A DNA stretch of 64,000 nucleotides. Source: Pecten maximus (Eukaryota). The stretch is taken from contig NC_047020.1 of the NCBI RefSeq assembly GCF_902652985.1, positions 12,958,001 through 13,022,000 on the forward strand, read 5' to 3'. Below are positions 26,501 to 38,433 of the stretch, one piece after another. A model generated the notes under the pieces. That model saw nothing but the letters and a program-made list of their open reading frames with translations. It did not search any database and was not told the origin of the DNA. Position numbers and translations under genes: made by a program. Numbering within the stretch: position 1 is the stretch's first letter; each line of letters opens with the position of its first letter.

Positions 26501-28320
26501 CGAAGCCGTTTTTCTCTGCCTAGCGAGGAATAACACTGGCGATGTCGATACTAATTTGGTTTAAACTTCCAGAAACGATAACCATATGCGATATAATTTA
26601 ATATCAAAAGGCTGGATCGATGAGAATTATGCCGTGAATTCTGTGGAACTACTGACGCCTGGGGCATTTGTCTGGAGCAGGAGAGGCCAGGAAACAGATC
26701 AATAGCACGGTGCTGTTCATTTCGGGGAGAAATTAACACTGCTGTGTCCTTTGCAAGGAAAATTATCACTAAACAACATTGTGTCTTGCTACCCAAATCG
26801 AATAGCCTTGTTATGTCTGTCTATAATTAACACCATTGGTTACCAAAATTACACATTCCAATATTCCTGGGATGTTAGAGGTGTTACATAATGATTTTCT
26901 AACAAACACGATCAAATATGACAAAACAGTTAATTCACGGTTTATACATAGTTGGTTATATGAACCTTCTTTAAAACGCTTATGATATCATTAACACACG
27001 AATATGGTTCTATTTTCATTGTTCTATTTCTTAACATCCCATATAAGTGTGTTTGTTACATTGCATGATAGAGAACGTTTCATGAGTATGTCAAATATGA
27101 TAAATGTCCTGTATACTAGAGAACGTTTCATCAGTATTTCCATTATAATAATGGTTCTGAATTCAGTAACGGTTATAATGTCATCATGATATTTATTACG
27201 TTTTGTTTTATCTTTCGGTCATTTCGATTAATTTTTTTAGCTGATTTCTTAATCTTTTTTATGTCATTGCGTAGATAATTTGTTTCCACTTTACTTGAAG
27301 ATCAGAGAGTGTCTCAAAGTGATATTATGTCAAAATGTTTAGGTATGTCTCCAAGCCAACATGTATGTTTCCAAGCCAACATGTATGTTTTGTAGGAAAT
27401 ATGTCTAATCCCAATTCATCGTTGTGATATACACATATAACCATTAGCAAAATAAGCTTCCCATCACAAAACATTATATGTGTAGGTTAACTCATAATAT
27501 ACTATTTTGAATTCTGAAAATGACACTAAAATTCAATATGTGAAATGTTGGGAAGACCCGTAATTTCAAGCAATATTTGTTCACGAATTTCCGAACATTT
27601 AGTCACCAAAACATAATTGTGAGAAGCCAATATTCATTAATGATACTGATTGTAAAATGTTATTTTAAATGAATATCTTAATTAGAAAAATCAATTTCAA
27701 TTAACCATGTCCTATGTAAATACCTTTGTGACATAAAAAAATGTCGATGATGTATTAAACTGTATACATGATTTAGATATACAATATTAAGCAACTATTC
27801 CAATTCAGTTATTCTTTTCGGCACGGGTTTTGATCTTCTACAATTATCTAGTGCGCACAATCACAAAATTGATTAACATAAATGACGATTGCACAATCCT
27901 TTGAACATTTTTCATTTATCTAATCAGTTTTTGATGACTGTCTTTCTGTCCCCTATCGTAATACTAAGAGGAGGAAGAATCGGTACGGGTTTTACATTGT
28001 CTGATTAGTGTGGTTCACCTTTTTGTGGTGTGTTAAATCCTTCACACGCCATTGTCCTGCGCACAGTTTAAAATTATTTCATTTGGAATCGGTGTTTGAT
28101 AATGATTTCTTGATACCATTAAATTTAATAAATATATATTATTTGAATTATTGTATATCGTGTAGGAACTGAGGCAATCAACAAAGCTAGACGGGAATTT
28201 TTCCAAATAAAATGTGTACAAATTTATACCTGCCGTTACTAGGTATGTGTATTTGTGTAGAGTTATGTAAGTAAAACATATAAATGATAACAGGACATCT
28301 TTTTGTGAAAATCATTTGTG

Positions 28321-28326
28321 TTTATT
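28321..28326 (-). terminator. Candidate Hand polyadenylation signal (AATAAA), implying a 3' UTR of about 1.5 kb
   Basis: First canonical minus-strand AATAAA I found downstream of the stop codon, followed by a T-rich tract. Confidence 0.35.
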
Positions 28327-29839
28327 TTCTGGGCTGGCAGCACATGATGCCGACATGCCCAAACATTATCTCTGTAGAGCTTAACGTATAGTAACTGAGG
28401 ATTGATCCAACAAACCCTTTCTATAGTTTGGCACACCGTATAACGTAAATATAAAACTCACTCATCAATTTCATTAAATAAGGAACAATTATAAACATCC
28501 TTCACATACAATTAGTAAAATAAGTAAATGTATGCTAATCGTTTTGATTTGAGAGCTTAATATTAAATAAAACTATTACAATGATAATGCCTTCACACCG
28601 AGTATTCGAACTAAAATGATAAAAATGCCAATCTCTGAATATACCTAAATGGTCTCACATTTCTTCCGACATTTTCATCTATGGAATTCCGTGATAATGT
28701 TTGCATCTAGCATAGGGTTTTGAAGGAAATAAATTATATTAATACATGTGATTTCAATGAAAAAATAAAAAAGGAAGTTTCATTCAAATGATTATTTGAT
28801 TGATAATGCAATGTTAAATTTAACATACACACAAAAAGTAGACGCTTTTACACCGACTCTCATGTAATCCGTACTATCGACCAAAATATACATTTTATAA
28901 ACTCTTTTACAAACACACAAAAACACACACAGACACTCGCGCTGCCGGTGTAAATCAGCCCCTCAGTATTCCCTTCTCACTTACACGCCCATTTCACACG
29001 GTCCCAAACCATCCCGGTATCGACTAGGACGATAGGGTAGACTCATGTCGTGTCAGGTCTGACCCCACTGACTCAGGTAGCTAGCCCTTTCTGCTGTATC
29101 TATACATATTTTTGTTTACATTTTACACTATCGCAACGTCCTTCGGATGAATAAGGCATGAAAGATTCATACATGTTTAAAAAAGAGATCTATTTATGAA
29201 AGAAATGCATTAGAAAGATGTGCAGACAAGATTCTGTATGGAAATCAGAGGTCACCGTCGATCTTTCTAATGCATCCATCTCAGATGAAAGATGGTAAAC
29301 AAAATTAAACATAATCTTAAAAATAAAAGATAACACGATGAATAAAATTGTTACTTTGATGAAACTATAACACGTCACATCATCTAAATAAAACTCTCTG
29401 TTGACAAATAGTTACCAAAAATAATCATAAAAACTCAATTCCAATAAATATACTAAAGTTGTAGAACTCACATCCACTTTCCGCAGTCAGTGTTCAAGCC
29501 TGAAATGTCTTCACCATTTCGTAAACCTTTGTACGTTCCTATGCATTCCTTTTGCTTTATATCATAATCAGATATAATATAAGCCCGTATACGCCTTCGA
29601 ACCACATCGCACAATTGTGCGTCCTGCTTCCCATACGTCGTCTTGACGACCACTCTCGTTCATTCTCGTTCTGTTTGGATTTCCGGATCCGGTTTGTATC
29701 CGACAACATGTTTGGTCACCGTTCGGGAGCTCTGCGCTTCGTGGAAACAGATTTCCGTGGATACTGCCCACAGGATATGGAATCATTGGAAAACGGAATT
29801 AATTGCTGCAGGGTTTTACGCAAATTAAGTTTGGCCTCA

Positions 29840-29944
29840 TTATTGTTTAAGTTCTGAAGCCCACACGTGCTGTGGCCACCCTGTGCGCCCCTTGCTTTTC
29901 TTGTCTATACTGGATGGGCTCGTGGAATCGGAAGAGTCCGAGTT
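29840..29944 (-). CDS. Hand: Hand coding exon 2 (NSDSSDSTSPSSIDKKSKGRTGWPQHVWASELKQ*)
   Basis: Translated by hand on the minus strand after an A/T-rich tract and TGTAG acceptor (AG = 29946-29945). It is in frame with exon 1 and encodes the diagnostic Hand C-terminal motif KGRTGWPQHVWA-ELKQ, followed by tandem stops TAA TGA. Too short to appear in the ORF track. Confidence 0.97.
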   Translation of the reverse strand, partial: NSDSSDSTSPSSIDKKSKGRTGWPQHVWASELKQ

Positions 29945-30944
29945 CTACAAATATAAAAATATAAAAAAGTATAAGTATATTATTATTATATTCACTATCA
30001 TTAAATCAAAGCTTTTCGAAAGACGTAAATGAGAATAAACTTTAATTTTGTCTCAAATATTTTACACACTACAGCCATTTATATCGTTTGTGGAAAATGA
30101 TCAATAACCTATCTGGACATATTTCAGAGAAAAAACAATGGAATTATTCTTGTATTTTTTATTATCAGTTATCTGTAGAAACATTTTCAAATAAACCTAA
30201 AGCTTTATTTCCTGTGAGGATTGTAAAAAATACCGACAAGAAATTAGCACCTTAAAAACAAATAATTGGCTGGTTTTTTGTTTTGTTCATTTGTTTGTTT
30301 GATGGTTTTTTTTTACGTAATGCTGTTGAATACTTAAGGAGTTGATATATAAATCAGCACATTTATTCAATTTCTTTTGTTTTGGTGGGTTTACCTACAC
30401 CAGGAGTGCCTAACGTGAAGCCTATCTTTGACTTCCCTATTTATACACTTGTTAAGATACAGGAGTGGCTGCCAGGAGAAACGGGGAACCCTTCCTGTGT
30501 GATCCCTGATGACCTTTGACCCTTATCCTGCCAAAACCTATCTCGGCGCTGCCACAGCTCGTTAAAGTATTACTAATTAAATATCACATTCATCCTCAAT
30601 GTAGGCATCAGTTTTCCCAGCATGATATTGAACCACTTCATTTTTACCACTAGAGATAAGATAAGACGAAAAACAATGTCGTGTAGTATACTTAATACCG
30701 GACACACACGGATTTTGTAATTTATAACATTATGTTTATCGTAATAAAACATATTCGATCTAATTCGTTTTAAAAACAACATATGCATAAAACCATGAAA
30801 AGGTTTTATTCCATGTGATATTTATGACAAAATGTGTCAGAAACTTCCGTTTTAGTGACGTACTGCCGAGCTTAAATAAAAAGGGGAAATATCAAAATCG
30901 GAGAGTCTGCTGCTCTTTTGATTTAAAAATCATATTTCCAATTA

Positions 30945-31152
30945 TTACCAGTTTAAACAGTACGCTATTACCAATTAAGCAGTGGACTATTACAATTTAT
31001 CAGTACTCTATTACCAATTTAACAGTGGACTATTACCAATCTAACATTACACTATTACAATTTAACATTACACTAATACCAATTTAACAGTGGAATATTA
31101 CAATTTAACAATGGACTATTAACAATTTAACAGTGCACTGTTACCAAATTAA
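30945..31152. repeat. Degenerate tandem repeat (unit about 22 bp)
   Basis: TTAACAGTGGACTATTACCAAT-like units. Confidence 0.75.
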
Positions 31153-33294
31153 TAATTTCATGATGAATTCATATTTATCAAAATGGCAATTGTAAACTTA
31201 AGTGCTGAAACATTATTTCTGATTGTTGCCGTGCATTTAAACATGTGTCCATACAGTAACCTATTTAGTATTTGCCTATGAAACAAGACAGTATATCATT
31301 ATGCCAATAATAAATGATCATTTCCCATGCGAACAGGTGTAAGCTTGTTACTAAGTCCGTCCAACCCCACGATAGACCCAGTGCTGTAAAAGGTAGAAGG
31401 CTATATGGTGATCTGCGATACATAAGCATCTGATGCCGGAAATATATGTCACCTTACTACAATTGTTGGCACATCAAGCAAAGGAAATAAAACAGCGTGA
31501 AACCATTTTTCTGTTCTTTGTTTTATGTTTCTGCTACTGTTCAAAATCACTTTCGCAATAAATGTTCCGTGACTTGAGAGCTTACTAGTGAGCAAGTTCC
31601 TGGATAAACGTTACAGGTTTAATATCATATAAAGCATTATATGTATAAAAAAAAAACAATAGATGTGACGTTAGCTAGTGTTTCCGTAAGTAATTAAATA
31701 ACAAAATTACTGTGACGTAAGCTAATGATAAAATCAACAACGAGGTACCATAATGTTAAAATTGTATCTGCTCTTCAAAATGGGTTGGTCATTTCCATAG
31801 AACATGTCCTATAAGAAAGGGACAACAATGGAGGATAACAATAGAAAAGCCATTTTAATTATGTTTAAAAGTGCTTTTAGGCCAGTTTTACTCACTACAA
31901 TATTATCGTGAGTTTCATGGGGCAATTACAATAGTTGGTAATTTATCAATCGTTATCGGTTGTAAATACACCAAGGACAATATACAATGAGGCCTATAGT
32001 ATTGAGATTCTCACGAGGATCATAACTTAGCTCCTGATAGGCTGCTCGTTGTTGAACTCCACTCCATGTCAACTTTTTTCTTGATTTCGTTTTTAATGTA
32101 ATTTACCATCCAAACAGACTGTCTATAGATAAGTAACAGAGCAAAATTAGCCTTTATTAGCCTCCTTCAACTATTGAGCATCTATCTATTTTCGCGACCC
32201 TGGTGGTCCCTCGACCGTTTTACGTGAATTCAGAAGTCTTCCGAGACTGCCTGACGCCCCAGTGAACGTCGGATCAACACGATTACATCAAACTTTGACA
32301 GAACTATAATTATTTCTCTCCAATACACCACTTATATTTCATTTCTCTGATTGTCGCCTGTACAGCGATTTCAAAAATAGAGAAATTCAATATGTATCAG
32401 ATTATACTGGAGAAAAGTAACTAACAGAACACAAATAAGTGGTTACATGTTGATACTGAAATGAGATTAAGATTTTTTTCCTTGCTCCATTTCGAACTTC
32501 ACTTAAAATGTATTTATTTTTTAAAAACAAAATAAAGAAGATAATACGTCCATTTTATTCGTGTATACTATCAATCATTCACAGCAAACTTAAATAGTTT
32601 ACGGTGAAACAATGATATTTTGCGCGCCAAACAGTGTGATAATATCTGCCGGGACTTGTTCGGATATGATAAGCGGAGGGAGAAACACGACAGGGAATCG
32701 TGGGTTCTACACAATTCTCACGTGGAGGCCTGATAACAACCCTCTCGTGTATCCTTCCGCCATGTTTTTTATTTTGTATTCGTCCTTCTTTTATTCCACT
32801 GTGGTGAATTATTTATTCGCAGACATGACTTTATTAAATAAGTTGTTGAATGCATGGTATACATATCATTTGATAGACTATCAAATTTATTGTTTAGATA
32901 TTAAACATTTCCCGCTGTGATTTGTGTTGATGAATTTATATTATATCTATTAATATGACCACGTGAATATTCCATGAATAACCTGAAGCAACACTTCTAC
33001 TTACCATACATGTATTTAATATCAAGCAACTTATAGAGTACATGAGTGTTGATCAATATTTTTATGATCAAGCAGGACGATTTATTTCTATAATACCAAT
33101 ATAATTCAGTAGCAGCTATATTTCATAACCATGTTAATCTTACGTTAGCTCTCGCAATGTTTTATAAACACTTCTAGACGCAAGTAGTTTCTAGTTAGAT
33201 ATAAAGACATGTGTCTTACGCATGACGTTTTAACAAAAGCAATCTACCCTGAATACTCTATTTGATATATAGACCTACACAACCGAAGTCCACC

Positions 33295-33721
33295 TAGCCC
33301 ACGTTAGTTTCCCTACAGCATTCGCCTACCTTGGTTTCCCTACAGTCCTCCCCTACCTTGGTTTCCCTACAGTACTCCCCTACCTTGGTTTCCCTACAGT
33401 CCTCCCCTACCTTGGTTTCCCTACAGTACTCCCCTACCTTGGTTTCCCTACAGTCCTCCCCTACCTTGGTTTCCCTACAGTACTCCCCTACCTTGGTTTC
33501 CCTACAGTTCTCCCCCACCTTGGTATCTACAGTAATCACCCAACTTAGTTTTCCTATAGCAATCGCCCACCTTGGTTTCCCTACAGTAATCGCACAACTT
33601 AGTTTCCCTATAGCAATCGCCCAACTTGGTTCCGTACAGTAATCGCACAACTTAGTTTCCCTATAGCAATCGCCCACCTTGGTTTCCCTACAGTAATCGC
33701 ACAACTTAGTTTCCCTACAGT
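33295..33721. repeat. 27/28-bp minisatellite in the Hand intron
   Basis: CCCTACCTTGGTTTCCCTACAGT(C/A)CTC units, followed by 28-bp variants. Confidence 0.93.
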
Positions 33722-34035
33722 CTTTACTATCAGTCTCTAATGCATTTGCAATCAGTTTGACAACAAAATGTTAGTACAGTCTACAACACGTTCTTACATT
33801 GAAGCATGGAATAATGGTTACAACCAAACTGGATGACTTCATGATTAAAATTTACATAACATCATTCTGGTTACTTTTGCTTGTCACATAATAATTCACA
33901 GCAAATATATCTTATATTAAAGATTTATAGACAGGTAGTATTTGATATCAGGGTTTTCTACTTCAGAAATCCCGTCCAACGCTGCAGTATTGTGTAATTG
34001 TCTACACGATGAGGTTCCAGTGTCCACTCGTATTT

Positions 34036-34092
34036 CTCCCGAGTGACACCCGAGTGACTCCCGAGTGACTCCCGAGTGACACCCGAGTGACA
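34036..34092. repeat. 11-bp tandem repeat x5
   Basis: C(T/A)CCCGAGTGA repeated five times. Confidence 0.9.
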
Positions 34093-36680
34093 GGAGACCA
34101 CACAACAATTGTGTCACACGTGGTTTATATTGTAAACTGGTGGAACAGTATTTCAGGTCCCTATTGTACTTACATTAACATTTACTTGTCTCGTGCATAT
34201 TATATTAATATTGACAGTATCTCCCTCATCAGTGATTACATCACCATATCATTTAACCCAGATTCCCCTACACAAATTAATCATATACGACTCTCGTTGA
34301 TTACATGTACCACACCGTTATTCTATTATATATACATGAATAGTACATTAAATGTCTTTTATCTTTCATTCGCTCCAGTGTTACCTATTTTCATACTTCA
34401 TTTTGCCTATACTTCGTTACTTCCTAAACACGGGGATCTCACCCGACCACGCGCCAGTGTTTGGAACAGAACCTCGGTGTTGGCACTGATCAGATATCTA
34501 TAATTTCGTTTTCTCTCCTCAGACTTATTCTGTGAAATTGGCAATGTCTAGCTCGGCTAATCCACATCGGTGTTGGCTTTATAATAGTCTTTGTTTACAT
34601 TTATTTTCATTTTCTTCCAGAACTTTTAATACCTCAGACACATTCGTGTCAGAGACAAAATGAGTACGAGACCTTCTGATGAAACGTTGTGACCCTTTTG
34701 TACTATAGGGATATGATACCGTATCTAATTACGTTATAACAATATACTTTATATATTTATTTATGTATTACATATACTTTATGTTTTGAAAGAACGAAAT
34801 AACTGCATCATTAAAAAAAATGCACGACCATGTAAATTACGGTGAATATTTGTATATATGAACAATAATACGACATTAAGCCCTTGTGTCCTAGTCAGGC
34901 ATTAACAATAATCTGGTTGTGTTCTCGTAATTTCCCTTACGTCCCGGAACAACCTAAGATGCGAGGCATCAGCTCAGACAAATATGCTGCACTTGTATAA
35001 TGACCGCACATTAAATGTCTCAGATATTTTTATTTGTCTTTTCGAAGGATGACAATATAGATAAAGGGATATGACCCTGCACCTGCACGTTGGACACACG
35101 AGACAGGGATGTTCATATCATCACGTTCGCCTTATCAATAAGCAGAGAATGATAAATAAACATATGAATTACAATGGAGTGCCGTGTGACGGTAAAACCC
35201 AGGTTAGGCTATACTCTACACTGATTACGATCCACTTGAATACATTTTACAGCTTCACACGTGTGATCAAGGTTAAGATGATGAAATTAAGATTATGACT
35301 TGAGAGATAACATAGAAATATGTAACAAGACATTGTGTACATACCTATGACCCGACACACTATTCTCATACACCACTGCCAAAGATTAACAGCTAGAAAT
35401 GCTCATCAATTCGGGGCGGGTACAGCGAAGCGCTGTTACGGGTTTTAATAAAGAAATTTACGAGATAAATTATAGTATTTATGTGTACAGTTACGTTTCT
35501 AAACTTAGCAGGGTCAATACCCCTATAATAAATCCTGAATACCATCACATTTATATTGTGGAAAAAGAAGAAAAACAACAAAATTGTAACTCAAAAAACA
35601 TACAAAAAATGTACAACGAGGACAAAATGTGGCCAAACAGGTAGATTTAAACAAAGTACAATAATGATAAGACCAGCTGCTCCGGGATCTGTTTCATCAC
35701 ATAGATTACCCACCTAAAACAACGTGTACACGAGATAAAACCAGACATTTACCAATAGTCATTGTTTTACGGCTGTATTCCTCCTATCGGATACAATATA
35801 CAAAAACACAAATATAAATATATAAACTATTGTAACTGACATATATCAAACTATTCCCTCTTTCCTAAAAAAACCCCAATAAACTGGCGCTTACATTCAC
35901 AAAACCATCTCCATATGACCTTAGCTTGGGAGGACGCAAAATCCATTACAAAAGAACTTATTAAAGTATTAACTTTGAAATATGTTCTGTTGGGTGGAAG
36001 GGTTTAATTACGAATGTATATCACACTACACACTCGTTTGCTTGACTAATTAACCAATGCAATGATACCTTTTAAGTCATAATTTAAAAAGGCCCTATTG
36101 CTTGCATCAACAGATTGACTTTTGAAGTGGTCATTGTCGTGCCGCCTGGCTCACACAATAGACCTACAACCGCCACTGGCTATTGACGTAGAATGTAGCG
36201 ACATTCATGGGCCCGCTATTCATTAGGTCTAAATGCATTATTGTTAGGTCGACATAACGTTAAGATATCTCTCCTTGGAAACCATTACACAGTGCCCCTA
36301 ACTTAATATGTCACACACGTTACCGATAATGCACCGTCCGCTCGTTGTGCGCGCGACCATCTCGTGCCTAAATTCGCCGAGGACGTGCGCACAAGATTAA
36401 CCTGCTATCAAAATTGCAGATCAATCTTATTCAGATTTGAAACAATTATATCTTATTCCAAATGACTGTTCCGGGGGAATTTATTCCCATTACGATCGGA
36501 CAGTATTACCGCTATTAGTATTAATTTTGTTTTGATTAGGGTTAAGAATTCCCATGTGATCGATAGCAAGATTTAAATAATGGGGCTAATATTTGTCATC
36601 ATTATGACAATACAGCGATTTCAATTGGTGACACTAGCATTTAGGGACGAGATACCGTAAAAATTCTTCTAAGTCTACTT

Positions 36681-36814
36681 GCACTTCACGACACATTCTA
36701 GAACTTCTCGGACGATGTTACTGCCGGTAACACACCATCATATAGAAAGTCTACATGCACTTCACGACACATTCTAGAACTTCTCGGACGTAACACACCA
36801 TCATATAGAAAGTC
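36681..36814. repeat. Local direct duplication
   Basis: GCACTTCACGACACATTCTAGAACTTCTCGGACG and GTAACACACCATCATATAGAAAGTCT each occur twice, with an internal deletion in the second copy. Confidence 0.85.
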
Positions 36815-38282
36815 TGCTTACACTTTGTATCTTGATACTTGTTCAAGGGGAATAGAATGCATGAGCTAGAAATCTCACGTGACTTAAGAATGCCACGTTC
36901 TCTATTGTTTTGATTCTGATATTAGACTGGACAATAAATAGTATGACAACCATGTGATATATATTTATGTAATATGAAATTCTTACCAGCTTAATATCGT
37001 GCATGCTGTATAGAATAGCAGTTATTAGATTCAGACAATAGAATATTTACATATAAGTTTCTGGGAATTGTTTAAATGTGTCAATACTTTGTAAAAGCAT
37101 TATATATAGTGACATCACTGAACACTACATTTGTATATTATTGTAAATACACAGCCGAGATGTAAACAAATCCCTCAGTAGAACCCAATACTGGATAGTT
37201 ACAGTTCAACATTATCGACTATGTAATTTGTCAAAATAAAGGAGGGCAGCTCTGTGATTTATCGGTCACAAATCCTTGTTATGCCTCTCTGCATCACATC
37301 CAACATGTACACGTCGTCCCAGCCTCTATGTCATGAAGACCATATTCCTGGTTCGTCGGTCACTGGAGGTATTTTAATGAATTAGTTTCGACTCATTGCT
37401 TGTATCGTTTCGTTAGTTTTTATGAGCATTTATTGTTCCTATAATTTAATTAACATTGTATAACCAAAGAGATATTATGGTTTTCCGCTATAAGCAATAT
37501 ACTCACGACTCATCTTTTCACTCTGCCATTTTAAGATGGCATCTGGTTCAAAAGAAATTATGCTACCGATTTCTCTTTTTTATGGTTGTGTGGTTTCTGG
37601 CCAGATGGAGGGACGGCCATTTCAGCTCCGTCCTAATCAAATGTAGAGGGAGTAATCAATGCTGATTGGATGTTTGGATACAGTATTGTCGATAATTCCG
37701 CTGTAGTAATTAGTGTATCAATTTCACAATTACTCCGCTGTCTCAGGCTAGTAAATCTCGTTTATGGAGATGTCATCAATTAGCTATATTAAAATTGATA
37801 CCGGTTAATTCCTTGGGAATTTCCGTTATTCACACAAAATGTCTATACGCCGACAATAAAAAATTAATTGAATTACCGAATGATGGCCTGGGGATTATTT
37901 TCTGATCGCGCATTGATACAACCGATTGAAGAGGTCGATAGACGTTGCATCAAATAACGTTATCAAAACAGACAGTCAGGGAGTGACGTTGTCACTGCTG
38001 TTCCAAGACGAAAATGGCGTCAAGTTTCCTCAAAACAACAAAAAAATTATCAGGTGGCGAGAAAGCTGCTCCTTTAACGCCAGTCCTGAATGGGGAATGA
38101 CGGCTGGGATAATATTGTCACCATGTTGGTGATAAAATAGCACTTGTGTTGGCTACAGATAATGAGTGAGGTCGAATCAGATCAAACTGTCTTTTATACC
38201 CGGGTACGGAAACAAAGGCCAGCTAAAGAAAATAATGGTCAGTTTATGTCTGTGTTACAGTCAAACAAACATTAAGTTGCGA

Positions 38283-38433
38283 CACGGTGAATATCCACGC
38301 TAAGTGAAGGGCGTATGTCGTTTTATTGTCTAACACGGTGAATATCCACGCTGAGTGAAGGACGTATGTCGTTTTATTGTCTAACACGGTGAATATCCAC
38401 GCTAAGTGAAGGACGTATGTCGTTTTATTGTCT
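38283..38433. repeat. 51-bp tandem repeat x3
   Basis: CACGGTGAATATCCACGCTAAGTGAAGGACGTATGTCGTTTTATTGTCTAA, three near-identical copies. Confidence 0.93.

Noticed and set aside
29711-29717. miR-133 / miR-1 sites in the Hand 3' UTR
   Set aside because: GACCAAA fits only the vertebrate-register miR-133 seed, not the invertebrate one. I found no miR-1 seed match in the proximal UTR.
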